Source of the DNA: an uncultured Planctomycetota bacterium
Lineage (GTDB): Bacteria; Planctomycetota; Planctomycetia; Isosphaerales; Isosphaeraceae
Reading direction: 5' to 3'
Assembly (NCBI GenBank): GCA_963823665.1
Contig: CAWGMQ010000010.1
Coordinates: forward strand, 1,376,001 to 1,440,000
DNA length: 64,000 nt
The notes below the pieces were generated by a model. That model saw nothing but the letters and a program-made list of their open reading frames with translations. It did not search any database and was not told the DNA's origin. This document shows positions 44,129 to 54,321 of this stretch, piece after piece. The position numbers and the translations under genes were made by a program. Positions within the stretch are counted from its first letter, which is position 1, and each line of letters opens with the position of its first letter.

Positions 44129-45905
44129 TCATGCTCTCCTGCTCTTCCGGCGTGTAGCTCTTCTTCTTCTGGCTGGCCTCGGGCCCGGCCCCGGACCCGT
44201 TTGAGGGCCCAAGAAGATCGCGTCCTTGGGGAACACGGGCTTGGGCCGTTGCGGCATGTCCTTGGGCGGCTTTAGCGCCGCCGGGATCTCCACCGGCTGC
44301 GTCAGCATCGGCACGGCCGCGGCCTCCATGATGCTCATGAGCGAGCCGGGCATCACACCGAAGATCACGACCACGATCGCTCCCAGGACGATCGGCGCGG
44401 CGATTGCGCGACTCGCCGGCGCCAGCCGCTTGTCGCCCGGCGGCCGCAGGAACATTGCCTTCAAGACCCGCACGTAGTAAAACGCCGAGACAACCGAATT
44501 CAACAGCCCGAGCGCCACCAGGTAGATCAGGCTCACCGGCTGGTTCGTCGTCGGTTGATTGAGCGCTTCCATGAACACATACAACTTGCCGAAAAACCCC
44601 GCCAGTGGAGGTATGCCGATCAGCGAGAGCATGAGCACCAAAATCGAAACCGCCAAGAGCGGCTGCTGGAACCCGAGCCCGTTCAAGTCGTCGATGTTGT
44701 CGCTGTTCTTGTCGCGCACCAGCCACGCCGCGGCGGCGAATGCGCCGACGTTGGCGAAAGCGTAGACGATCAAATAGTAAAGGACCGCACCGGCGGCCTT
44801 CGAGTCGGCCGCCACGCTCACAGCGGCCACTCCCACCAGGATGTAGCCGGCGTGAGCAATCGAGGAGTACGCCAGCATTCGCTTGAGATTCCGCTGCGCC
44901 AGCGCCGCAAAGTTGCCGTAGGTCATCGTGACGGCCGCAATCACCGCAACGATTCCGATCCAGCCCGGCCCGAGCACGCTCGTCGACGGGTTGGACCACG
45001 GCAATAGCGCGTGCAGGAACACCTTCATCATGGCGACGAAGCTGGCAAGCTTCGAGCCCGTCGCGATCCACGCGGCCACGGGAGCGGGCGCACCCTCGTA
45101 TGCGTCGGGCGCCCACTGGTGAAACGGCACCGCGGCAATCTTGAACCCGAAGCCCACCATCAAGAGCAGAATGGCCGTCGCGCCGGCCACGTTACCGCCC
45201 AAGCCAGGCGTTCCCGCTGTCCGGAGCAGCTTCTGGATCCCGTCAAGCTGCGTCGTCCCGGTCATGCCGTAGATCAGGCTCAGGCCGAAGAGGAACAGCG
45301 CTGACGACACCGAGCCATACACGAAATACTTGAGCCCCGCCTCGGCAGAGCGCTGGCGAGTCTTTTCGAGTGCCGTGCTCAGATACAGGCAGATCGTCAT
45401 CGTTTCGAGCGTCAAGAACAGCGTGACCAGCTCCTCGGCCGCGGTCAAGAGCATCATGCCGACCGTGGCCCAGAACAGAAGCGCGAAGTACTCACCCAGC
45501 TCCTCGGTGAACGACGACGACATCGAAAGGCCGACCACCAGGCCCAGCAGTCCGACGAAGAGCAGGTTGAAGATCGTGCTCTGCATGTCTCCGGCGATCG
45601 TACCGAAGAAGATCACCGGGTCGGTATTGTGCAGGTATTTGGCGAAGGTGTCGCTGATCCACCAGCGCTCCTCGCCCGGCGCGCCCCGGACAAACAGCGG
45701 CACGAGGCACACAATCGCCGCGGTCAGCAAACGCCAGCGCAATTCCCAAGAGCGAAAGCATGCCGACGCGATAGCGCCGAACCTCCAAACTCGCGCGCCG
45801 GGCCAGCCCCAGATCAACGAGGAGCACCAGCAGCCCCCAGACCGTGAGCACAATCTCCGGTGCAACAAAGAACACGTCATAATAGTTGAAATTGGGCTCG
45901 GACAT
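44129..45905 (-). CDS. nuoN: NADH-quinone oxidoreductase subunit N (frameshifts near 45733 and about 44190; true 3' end probably near 43930)
   Basis: EAGLKYFVYGSVSSA, GFGFKIAAVPFHQWAPDAYEGAP, NLKRMLAYSSIAHAGY, SLIGIPPLAGFFGK, SAFYYVRV. Confidence 0.92.
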
Positions 45906-45960
45906 CGATGGACTCGCGATATTGATCGATCGATTCAGACCGGCCGGGGACAGGCGGCCG

Positions 45961-46290
45961 TCAGCCTTCCAGGCTGTCGTAACGGTCCACGTCAGCGGCG
46001 TGCCAGCGGCGATAGCACAGCAAGATCAAGCCGATCCCCACCGCGACCTCGGAGGCCGCCACCGTCAGCACCATGATGGCCAGCACGATCCCGCCAATCG
46101 GCCCGGCTTCGGGCCGTTCCGGCCCGTATCGCCAGAAGGCGACGAGATTCACATTGGCCGCGTTGAGCATGATCTCAATCGCCATCAGCACCGCGATCGC
46201 ATTCCGGCGCACCAGCACCCCCGCCAGCCCGATCGCGAACGAGGCGGCCGCGAAATACAAAAACCAGTTGAGCGGAATGTCTGTAGTCAT
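45961..46290 (-). CDS. nuoK: NADH-quinone oxidoreductase subunit K
   Basis: FAIGLAGVLVRRNAIAVLMAIEIMLNAANVNLVAF..VAASEVAVG. Confidence 0.95.
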   Translation of the reverse strand: MTTDIPLNWFLYFAAASFAIGLAGVLVRRNAIAVLMAIEIMLNAANVNLVAFWRYGPERPEAGPIGGIVLAIMVLTVAASEVAVGIGLILLCYRRWHAADVDRYDSLEG

Positions 46291-46973
46291 CAATTTTCCC
46301 CCGCACCCGCCGTAACCGGCGCCACCGCCAAAGGCGATTCCTGCCCGTTCCCGGAAGCTTCCCCCGCACCCGCAATCGCCGATCGTTTCGAGGCGCGCCC
46401 AGCCGCCGGCGGTAGCTCTTCGCGATGTGCGATCGCAATCGCACCCACGAGCGCGGCGGTCAGCAGCAACCCGGCCACTTCGAAGGCGATCATGTACCGA
46501 CTCACCAGCTCGTTGCCGACAGCCCTGGCCATGTTGCCCACCGCCTGAGAGCGGTCGGCAGGCCCGTCAGGATTGTATTTCTCGATCGGGGGACGCAATT
46601 CGAGCGTCGCCCACGATTTCTGATTGCCAAGCGGCCGCTGCGAGCTGATCCCGTAGGCCAGCACGGCGAACACGAGCAGCCCGGTCGCGATTCCCGGTAG
46701 CTTCCACACAGAGAGCGTGCTGGTCGGGTCATCGCCCTGGATGTTTCGCGTCAGCATGATGCCGAACATCAGCAGAATCGCGACCGCACCGATGTAGACC
46801 AGCACCTGCAAGGCCGCCAGGAACTCGGCCTCGAGCAGCACGAAGATGCACGCGACCGCGAAGAAGAACCCGATGAGGTAAAGCGCCGCCCGCACGAGGT
46901 TCCGCGCCAGAATCGTTCCCAGCGCCGCCAGGAGCCCCACCGCTGCGATCACCACGAACAACACCTGGATCAC
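46290..46973 (-). CDS. nuoJ: NADH-quinone oxidoreductase subunit J
   Basis: GTG start with GGAG; RNLVRAALYL..LEAEFLAALQVLVYIGAVAILLMFGIMLT..FEVAGLLLTAALVGAI. Confidence 0.92.
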   Translation of the reverse strand: MIQVLFVVIAAVGLLAALGTILARNLVRAALYLIGFFFAVACIFVLLEAEFLAALQVLVYIGAVAILLMFGIMLTRNIQGDDPTSTLSVWKLPGIATGLLVFAVLAYGISSQRPLGNQKSWATLELRPPIEKYNPDGPADRSQAVGNMARAVGNELVSRYMIAFEVAGLLLTAALVGAIAIAHREELPPAAGRASKRSAIAGAGEASGNGQESPLAVAPVTAGAGEN

Positions 46974-48243
46974 GGATGCAGCTCCATTCTCTGCGGCCGC
47001 CTCGATCCGACCGATGGCCAGTCCGAGCCGAGCGGGGCCGCGGCACTCACGCTCCGGTTGAGCCTGAAGACAAGCCAGATCGCAAAGAGCACGATCGGGC
47101 CCGTCACGAGCGTCCCCAACACCCAGTTGCCCAGGTCGCAGGGTGCCCGGCCGGATCACGAACTCATACCAGATTGCCGCAACCAGAACATTGACGATCG
47201 CCAGCGGCACAAGGTACTTCCACGCAAAATTCATCAACCGGTCGACCCGCATCCGCGGCAAGGTTGCCCGGACCCAGAACATCAGGAAGATGAAGCACAG
47301 CACCTTCCCCATGAACACGGCGAGCAGGATGAAGTCGACGAAAATGTAAGCCACCGTTTTCGAGCCCGCGTTCAAGAACGTCGTCGGAAACTCGACAAAC
47401 GGGATCGGCGTCCCCCCGCCCAGGAACAGGGCTGTCGCCAGACAGCTCACGGCGAAAACGCTCAGATACTCGGCGAGGAAGAACAAGCCGAACCGCATGC
47501 CCGAATACTCGGTGTGATACCCGGCGATGATCTCCGACTCGGCCTCCGGCAGGTCAAACGGCGTTCGGTTCACCTCGGCGATGCTCGAGATCAAGAGCGT
47601 GATGAACGCCAGCACTCCCGGCGGCGAGAAGATGAACCAGCCGAATTCAACCTGCTTGTCGAAGATCGTGACCAGGCTGAGACTCCCCGCCCAGAGCACG
47701 ATCGGCACCAGCGAGAGCACCTGTGGAACCTCGTACGAGACGAGCTGCGCCACCGACCGCATCGATCCCAGCAACGAATACTTGTTCCGGCTCGACCACC
47801 CCGCGAGGAAGATGCCCAGCGGGGAAAGACTTGAGACAGCGACGAGGTAGACCACCCCGCTCGGGAGATTCACTGGCGCCATCCCCATCGCGAACGGAAT
47901 CACCGCGATCACCAGAAACGCGGAGACGATCACGAGAACCGGCGCCAGCAGGTGCACCCATCGATCGGCGTCGCGCGGGATCAGGTCTTCCTTGGTGATC
48001 AGTTTGAGCGCGTCGGCAATCGGTTGCAACAGCCCGAGCGGCCCCACCCGGTTGGGCCCGATCCGGTCCTGAAACCGCGCCGCCACTTTCCGCTCGAGCC
48101 AAACCATGTAGGCCACGATGCCCGGAAACACGCCGAAGAAGCCCACCACCAGCCAGGCACCCCAGCGACCAGTAGGTCCCACTTCCGAGCTCAACGGCCT
48201 GATCCTGCGCGAAAATCACCCAAAATGGATTCGCGTCTCCCAT
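46970..48243 (-). CDS. nuoH: NADH-quinone oxidoreductase subunit H (frameshifts near 48165 and 47140)
   Basis: WLERKVAARFQDRIGPNRVGPLGLLQPIADALKL, AEVNRTPFDLPEAESE, WVRATLPRMRVD; corrected frames give a TGATG overlap with nuoA and a GTGA overlap with nuoJ. Confidence 0.92.
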
Positions 48244-48611
48244 CAAACCCACTTCAGCACCCCCTTCGCCCAGGCGTAAACCAGCCCCACCGCGAGAATC
48301 AGCAGGAAGACAACCATCTCGAAAAGCGGAAAGAGCCCGAGCTTTCCAAACGTCTCGTACGCCGCCGCCCAGGGAAAGAGAAACACCGTCTCGATATCGA
48401 AAACGACAAACATGATCGCATAGATGTAGTATTGAATGCGGAACCGCACCCAGGTCTCACCGTAAGTCTTCACGCCACACTCGTAAGCATCGCCCTTGGC
48501 CAGCGTCCCCTTCCGCGGCGCGAGTATCCCCTGGATCATCACCGGCGCAAGCGCAAAGACGATTGCCACCAAGAGCAGCAAGCCAACGAAGATATAGTTA
48601 TAAAGCACCAC
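48243..48611 (-). CDS. nuoA: NADH-quinone oxidoreductase subunit A
   Basis: K..AYECG...RFRIQYYIYAIMFVVFDIETVFLFPWA..YAWAKGVLKW. Confidence 0.95.
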   Translation of the reverse strand: MVLYNYIFVGLLLLVAIVFALAPVMIQGILAPRKGTLAKGDAYECGVKTYGETWVRFRIQYYIYAIMFVVFDIETVFLFPWAAAYETFGKLGLFPLFEMVVFLLILAVGLVYAWAKGVLKWV

Positions 48612-48679
48612 GTCGATTTCTCCGCTTCACCACCATGTTTCTCAGACGCGACTCAATCCAGAATCTAAAATCCAAAATC

Positions 48680-48940
48680 TCACCCGAGTGTCTTGATCTC
48701 GGTTTCCGCGTCCACGGTCACCAGCGTGCGCTCGCCGCTTTCTCGTTCCAGCTCCAGCGTCTTCTGGTGGCAGTATGGGGTCTTTCCCCCCATCTCGATT
48801 CCCCCCACCGGCCGCCAGCCTTCCCCGACCACGACGCCTTCGACCTGCGTCGACCAGCGGCGATGGCCCACGCGTATCTGCTGTGTCACGCGAACTCGGG
48901 TGCCGGGCGGATACTGTGGCTCAGGTGGCGAGGGAATCAT
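48680..48940 (-). CDS. Small hypothetical beta-rich protein (86 aa) inside the nuo operon
   Basis: ATG 48940: YPPGTRVRVTQQIRVG..WSTQVEGVVV..TLELERESGERTLVTVD; fills the nuoI-nuoA gap on the operon strand. Confidence 0.7.
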   Translation of the reverse strand: MIPSPPEPQYPPGTRVRVTQQIRVGHRRWSTQVEGVVVGEGWRPVGGIEMGGKTPYCHQKTLELERESGERTLVTVDAETEIKTLG

Positions 48941-49014
48941 GCGTCGGTTCTTCTCTCGGGTGGGAAAGAGCGAACATCTTAATGGCTGGAAAATCCGCTT
49001 GCAACTACCCGAAG

Positions 49015-49716
49015 TCACGCCTTGGCCGGCGCGGCAGCGGGCTTGGCCGCCGGTTTCGATGCGGCGAGGGCCTTTTGAAGCCGCCCGTCCTTCTTCTTCG
49101 CAACCTTGTTCCGCTCGGTCACCTCGTCGCTCGAAGCCCAGGCTTCGGGGTGGGTCTTGGCGTAGAAGTCGCTCGAAACCAGCAAATCTTGCAGGTCGAA
49201 AATGTGGGTCTGGTGCCGCTCGTAATTCGATAGCTCGAAATTGTGGTCCATCTTGATCGCGTCGAACGGGCAGTATTCCGAGCAGAGCCCGCAGTTCATG
49301 CAGACGTCCATGTCGATATAAAAGTCTTCGGGCAACGGAACGACCGTCCCCTTGGGGCTCTTGGCCTGCGCCATCCAAATGCACTGCGGCGGGCAAACCT
49401 TCGCACAGATGTTGCACGACGTGCAGCGCACGTTGCCGTCTTCCGTGTCGTAGATCAGAACGGGCAAGACGCGAAACCGCTCGTAGACCGGCAGCCGCTC
49501 GTCCGGATACTCGACCGTGAACAGGCCGTCGGTCTTGAAGTCCTGCTGGACGGTCGGTTCGTCGCCGCGACCCGGCGTGCGGAAGAGATCGATGAAAAAC
49601 GTGCCGCCGCCGCGGCGTTTCAGCCCGTTTCCCGCCCGGATGTCGCGCCAGAACGTCAGCGCGAATCGCCGTAACGTGATGAAATGCCCCCGGATCACCC
49701 CGGCACCAATGCTCAT
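49015..49716 (-). CDS. nuoI: NADH-quinone oxidoreductase subunit I (2x[4Fe-4S])
   Basis: TVEYPDER..RFR; CTSCNICAKVCP and CMNCGLCSEYCP; AGGAG upstream of ATG 49716. Confidence 0.93.
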   Translation of the reverse strand: MSIGAGVIRGHFITLRRFALTFWRDIRAGNGLKRRGGGTFFIDLFRTPGRGDEPTVQQDFKTDGLFTVEYPDERLPVYERFRVLPVLIYDTEDGNVRCTSCNICAKVCPPQCIWMAQAKSPKGTVVPLPEDFYIDMDVCMNCGLCSEYCPFDAIKMDHNFELSNYERHQTHIFDLQDLLVSSDFYAKTHPEAWASSDEVTERNKVAKKKDGRLQKALAASKPAAKPAAAPAKA

Positions 49717-49776
49717 CGCCTCTCCTCTTCCCGGATTGCTGAAAATCACCCGCCTGATCCCACCCAGACACATTCT

Positions 49777-52485
49777 CTAGCGGTCGACCTCGCCCAGGAC
49801 GATGTCCAGGCTTCCCAGAATTCCGACCACGTCCGCGATCGTGTGATTCAGGCACATCGCCTCGAGCGCGGTCAGGTTGATGAAGCTCGGGCTGCGGACG
49901 TGATAGCGATAAGCCGACGGCGACCCGTCGGCATAGACGTAATAGCCCAGCTCGCCCTTGGGGTTCTCGACCCGTGAATACGCCTCGCCGGCCGGCACCT
50001 TGATCTGGTAGCTCTTTTTGCCGGGGATGATCGGCCCGCCGGGGATATCCCGCACGGCTTGCTTGAGGATCCGCGCGCTCTCACGCATTTCTTGAAGCCG
50101 CACCCAGTACCGGTCGTAGAGATCGCCTTTTGACCCGGTGACAACCTGGAAATCAAAGCGGTCGTAGATGCTGTACGGGGCTGCCCGGCGGATGTCGTAG
50201 TTCACGTTCGAGGCACGCAGCACCGGCCCGGCCGTCGAGAAGTTGATCGCCTGCTCCCTCGTCAAGACGCCTATTCCCTTGGTGCGGTCGAGCACGATCT
50301 CATTCTCGGAGAGGTATCGGTCGAGCTCGTCGATCTTCTTGTCGATCCGGTCGTTGACGATGCCCCGGCAGCGCTCGATCCAGCCTGGCGGCAGGTCGAA
50401 TGCGACCCCGCCGAACCGGAAGTAGTTGCACATCATCCGGCTGCCCGCGGCCCATTCGAAGAGGTCCAGAATCAGCTCACGTTCTTCGATGCAATAGAGC
50501 GCCGGGGTGAAAAACGCGCCCAAGTCGTTGAGCAGGAAGCCGATCGACCACATGTGGCTGGCGATCCGCGTCAGCTCGGCCATGATCACGCGGATGTACT
50601 CGGCTCGCTCCGGCGGCTTCGAGTCCTCGCCCATCAGTTGCTCGACAGCCAGCGCGTAGCCGAAGTTGTTCCCCATGCTCGTCAGGTAGTCGAGCCGGTC
50701 GGTGAACGGGAAGTTCATCAGGAACGTATTCCGCTCGCCGATCTTCTCGTGATTGCGATGCATGTAGCCCATGACCGGCTTGAGCCCGATGATCGTCTCG
50801 CCATCGACCCGCAGGTTCAGCCGGAACACGCCGTGGGTGCTTGGGTGCTGCGGCCCCATGCTCACGATGAACTGGTCGGTGCCGAGCTCCTCGATCTCGA
50901 CCCCGCCCGGCAAGAGCCCCACCCCCTTCGGGTCGCTGGCGCTCGAGAGGCTTGCCCAGTCCTTATAGTCCGCCGGAACCTTCATGTTGGTCCCGTACGG
51001 ATTGATCTCTTCGGCGCGGAAGTGCTGGCCGAAGCCTTCGTCCACCCGGCTGGGAAACACCTTCTGAGGGGCTTCGTAATAGGGCTCGAGGAAATCTTTG
51101 CGAAGGGGATAGTAAGCGAAGCCTTCCCACATGAGGATGCGCGAAAGGCTGGGGTGGCCCGTGAACCGCACGCCCATCATGTCGTAGACCTCGCGCTCCT
51201 GGAAGTCGGCGCCGCGATAGACGTGATAGAGCGAAGGAACCTCGCCCGCACCTTCCGCTTCAGCCGTGCGCACCCGCAGCTCGATCAGCTTGCCGGGCTT
51301 GTCGATCGAGTCAAGCTGGTAGTTGACCTCGATGCAATCTTCAAAGTGCACGCTCTGCAAGCTGGCCAGGTAGTCGTACTTGATCGGGTTCTTGTCGCGC
51401 AGATAAAGGGCCACGTCCACCAGCTTTTCCGGCGGCACGAGGAGCGCCGCCTGCACGATGGTGGCGGTCCCTTCGCCCAGCGCCGAGTTCAGGGCCGCGG
51501 CCAGATCGGTGAGCCCGGGCATGCCCAGCCAGACCAGGGTCGGCCGCGCCTCGGCCTTCTTCGCCTTCTTGCCGCCAGCGGGCTTCGCCGCCGGTGCCGG
51601 GGCAGGGGCGGCCGCCTCCGCGGCCGGCGGAGCCGCTTCCACCGATTCGCCTCGTTGCTTGGCGCGGATCATCTCGATCTTGCTCATCGCTTTGGACGCT
51701 GCGGGAGCCGGCGCCGCCCCATCGGGGGTTTCGGTCGCGACTGGCTCGGGTTGTGGGGCGGGGATCTTGGCGGGCTTCTCCACCTTGGCCTCGCGGGCGT
51801 CGACCAGTCCCTGCGCAGTTTTCTCGGCGGCGATCTCCACCGTGCGCAGATCGATCAGGTCCGGCCCCAGCACAGGGATCGGTATATCTCGTTCCACCTC
51901 GCTGCCGTACCACGGCGCGAACCCCTTCTTGTTGAGGAGTGGAATCTCGAGCCGCTCGCCGTCGATCTTCTTCTGGAGGACGATCAATCCGTTCAAGAGC
52001 GCCTGGGGCGTCGGCGGGCAGCCCGGGATATACACGTCGACCGGGATGTATTTGTCGACGCCGGACACGACGTTGTAGCCTTCCTTGAACGGCCCGCCAC
52101 CGGTGGCGCAGGCGCCCATCGCGATCACGTATTTCGGCTCGGGCATCTGGTCGTAGAGCCGTGCGATCATGGGCATCATCGTCTTGGTGACGGTGCCCGA
52201 GACGATCATCAGGTCGGCCTGTCGGGGCGAGCCCCGGAAGACCTCGGCGCCGAAGCGTGCGATGTCAAACCGGCTCGAGGCCGTGCAGATCATCTCGATC
52301 GCGCAGCATGCCAGGCCGAATCCCAGCGGCCAGAGTGCCGAGCGACGGCCCCAGTTGTAGACCGTATCGATGATCCCGAGCAACTGGTCCCATTTCGTGA
52401 CCAGAACGTATTGCTCCAATTCCTTCTGGAGCACCGGATCGATCACCGTGCTCCACTGCGGGCGCGTGACTGTCGCGTTCGTCAT
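49777..52485 (-). CDS. nuoBCD: Fused NADH-quinone oxidoreductase subunits B-C-D
   Basis: Nuo[23 protein letters not shown]; Pro/Ala/Lys linker; Nuo[24 protein letters not shown]; Nuo[28 protein letters not shown], all in one ORF. Confidence 0.93.
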   Translation of the reverse strand: MTNATVTRPQWSTVIDPVLQKELEQYVLVTKWDQLLGIIDTVYNWGRRSALWPLGFGLACCAIEMICTASSRFDIARFGAEVFRGSPRQADLMIVSGTVTKTMMPMIARLYDQMPEPKYVIAMGACATGGGPFKEGYNVVSGVDKYIPVDVYIPGCPPTPQALLNGLIVLQKKIDGERLEIPLLNKKGFAPWYGSEVERDIPIPVLGPDLIDLRTVEIAAEKTAQGLVDAREAKVEKPAKIPAPQPEPVATETPDGAAPAPAASKAMSKIEMIRAKQRGESVEAAPPAAEAAAPAPAPAAKPAGGKKAKKAEARPTLVWLGMPGLTDLAAALNSALGEGTATIVQAALLVPPEKLVDVALYLRDKNPIKYDYLASLQSVHFEDCIEVNYQLDSIDKPGKLIELRVRTAEAEGAGEVPSLYHVYRGADFQEREVYDMMGVRFTGHPSLSRILMWEGFAYYPLRKDFLEPYYEAPQKVFPSRVDEGFGQHFRAEEINPYGTNMKVPADYKDWASLSSASDPKGVGLLPGGVEIEELGTDQFIVSMGPQHPSTHGVFRLNLRVDGETIIGLKPVMGYMHRNHEKIGERNTFLMNFPFTDRLDYLTSMGNNFGYALAVEQLMGEDSKPPERAEYIRVIMAELTRIASHMWSIGFLLNDLGAFFTPALYCIEERELILDLFEWAAGSRMMCNYFRFGGVAFDLPPGWIERCRGIVNDRIDKKIDELDRYLSENEIVLDRTKGIGVLTREQAINFSTAGPVLRASNVNYDIRRAAPYSIYDRFDFQVVTGSKGDLYDRYWVRLQEMRESARILKQAVRDIPGGPIIPGKKSYQIKVPAGEAYSRVENPKGELGYYVYADGSPSAYRYHVRSPSFINLTALEAMCLNHTIADVVGILGSLDIVLGEVDR

Positions 52486-52741
52486 GGTGTGTCGTCTGTA
52501 CCTGGAAGGTTGCCGATGCCGAGGCGGCATGTTCTCTAGCTTTGCGGCCTATCGTAGCCCGGTGAGCGTTCGTTCGCCAGTGGCTGCCACCATCGGGCTC
52601 GACGGCACCCCGGGCGGGTGACGGATCGCCATGCCGATCGGGCTGGATTCCTCCGGGTTGCACCGAAGCCGCCTGCGATGTCCTCTTTTCGGCAGATCCT
52701 CATCTTCCCGGTGTCGCCTCGCCTCGCCCATAATGGCACTC

Positions 52742-52999
52742 ATGGAACGTCCCCTGCTGCAAATCAGTGTCGCCACCATGCTTCGCCTCGTGGCGTGCAT
52801 TGCGCTCAATATCTGGCTCTTCCGCGTCGGTATCTTCTGGGGAATCCTGGGCTTGAATGTCACCAAGCACGTGATGATCGCCTATTTGTGCGGCGCTCTG
52901 GGCGTCGATCGCCGCCAGGGGAGCCCGCCAGCAGCGGCAACGGCGCCCGCGTCAGCACCCGGGTCCCATCTCCCGGCGCCGCATCTGCCTGTTGCGTAA
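52742..52999 (+). CDS. Small hypothetical membrane protein
   Basis: MERPLLQISVATMLRLVACIALNIWLFRVGIFWGILGLNVTKH..; divergent from the nuo operon. Confidence 0.6.
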   Translation: MERPLLQISVATMLRLVACIALNIWLFRVGIFWGILGLNVTKHVMIAYLCGALGVDRRQGSPPAAATAPASAPGSHLPAPHLPVA

Positions 53000-53149
53000 C
53001 ATGGCCGGAAGCCTTTACCTGCGCCGCACAGGTTGCAATTGATGCTGCGAGCGATGTGCTCGCGCGTGAAAGCGTGCTCAGTCGGAACTCGAGTGGGCGC
53101 CTTGCGGCTTCGCGACTAGAATACGGCCCCTTAGCTCAGGAGGAAACAC

Positions 53150-53668
53150 GTGGACCGAACTCGAGCACGGAAGCTCTTGCTGGTCGAGGACGAAGGCACC
53201 CTGCGGGGATTGATCGCTCAGTTCCTGCGGTGCGACGGTTTCGAGGTGGTCGAGGCCGCCGACGGCGGTGAGGCCCTCGACGCCTACTCGGCGCGGCGAC
53301 CCTTTGATGTGGTCTTGCTTGACCTCAATCTGCCCGTTTTCTGCGGGATCGAGGTCTGCCGCCGGATCAAGATGCAGGATCCGGCTCAGCCGGTGCTGAT
53401 CTGCAGCGCGGCGATCCTCGATGCGGACGTCGAAATCCTCCGGACGCTCGACGTCGATCGTTACCTGACCAAGCCGTATCATCCGCTCGAGCTTTTGGCC
53501 GAGATCGCCGCGGCGACTCGGACGGTGCCCGAAGCCGGTGCGGCGCGGGCTGATCGCTCGCATGGGCCGGCGGTGGGCTTGCATCGAGCGCCCGGACGCT
53601 CCCTTCTGCCGCTCAATTCCGAGCGCGCGGAAGCCCAAACTCTGGCGAAATGCCCCGTCCTTGATTAA
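53150..53668 (+). CDS. Single-domain response regulator (receiver)
   Basis: AGGAGG SD; LLLVEDE, FDVVLLDLNLP, ICSA, YLTKPY. Confidence 0.9.
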   Translation: MDRTRARKLLLVEDEGTLRGLIAQFLRCDGFEVVEAADGGEALDAYSARRPFDVVLLDLNLPVFCGIEVCRRIKMQDPAQPVLICSAAILDADVEILRTLDVDRYLTKPYHPLELLAEIAAATRTVPEAGAARADRSHGPAVGLHRAPGRSLLPLNSERAEAQTLAKCPVLD

Positions 53669-53768
53669 AATGCTCGGCCGTAGGGTCGTCCTCTCAGGGC
53701 CTTTTGGTCTTTACTGGTGAGAGTGGCGGCATCGCATCTCGAGGTGTTTTTGCGCGAAGGACGGTTTC

Positions 53769-54321
53769 ATGGCCCGAAAACCTCTGAATCGGCTTGATCT
53801 GCGGCGACAACGTGAAGCCGCCGAACCGCTTGACCCCATGGAAGACGAGGCCGAGGAAGCGGCAGAAGAAGTCGAGGAAGAGGAAGTTGTCGACAAGAAG
53901 CCGAAGAAGAAGCCGAAGGCCGCGCCCAAGTCGCGGGCCAAATCAGCCCGGCCGGGTAAGCCGGCGGCGCGGATGCGTATCGTGTGGGTTGTCTTGAACG
54001 ATGCGTTCAAGCCGGTGGGCACGTTCGAATACAACCAGAAAGAGGCGGCCGACGCCCGCGCGGCCGAGCTGACCGCGAAGGGAAAGGGCACGCACTTCGT
54101 CCAGCGCACCAAGGAGGCGATGGCCGAAGACGCTCCCGGCTTGGGCGCAGATTCCTCGTACCGTTGCTCCTGCCACCAAGACATCGAAGAAAGCCGCCGC
54201 CGCTGCCGCCGCCGCCGCCGCCGCGGCTGCCGCCGCGGCCGTTGAAGACGACGAAGAGGTTGAGGACGAAGAGGAAAGCGAAGTCGATGTCGCCGAAGAC
54301 GCCGACGACGAGGACGAATGA
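53769..54321 (+). CDS. Hypothetical acidic/Lys-rich protein with 16-Ala tract (frameshift near 54150)
   Basis: MARKPLNRLDLR..RMRIVWVVLNDAFKPVGTFEY..HFVQRTKE; the shifted frame continues KK(A)16VEDDEE..DE* to 54321. Confidence 0.7.

Noticed and set aside
46290..48194. Apparent NuoH-NuoJ fusion (634 aa ORF)
   Set aside because: A frameshift near 47140 explains it: the alternative frame gives a hydrophobic NuoH end (GNWVLGTLVTGPIVLFAIWLVF..) stopping at a GTGA overlap with a SD-preceded nuoJ start
49777..52485. Group 4 [NiFe] hydrogenase interpretation of the L/M-less operon
   Set aside because: The large subunit lacks both Ni-binding CxxC motifs and has NuoD quinone-site motifs; nuoA, J and K are present
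50554..52539. 661-aa plus-strand ORF
   Set aside because: Antisense shadow of nuoBCD
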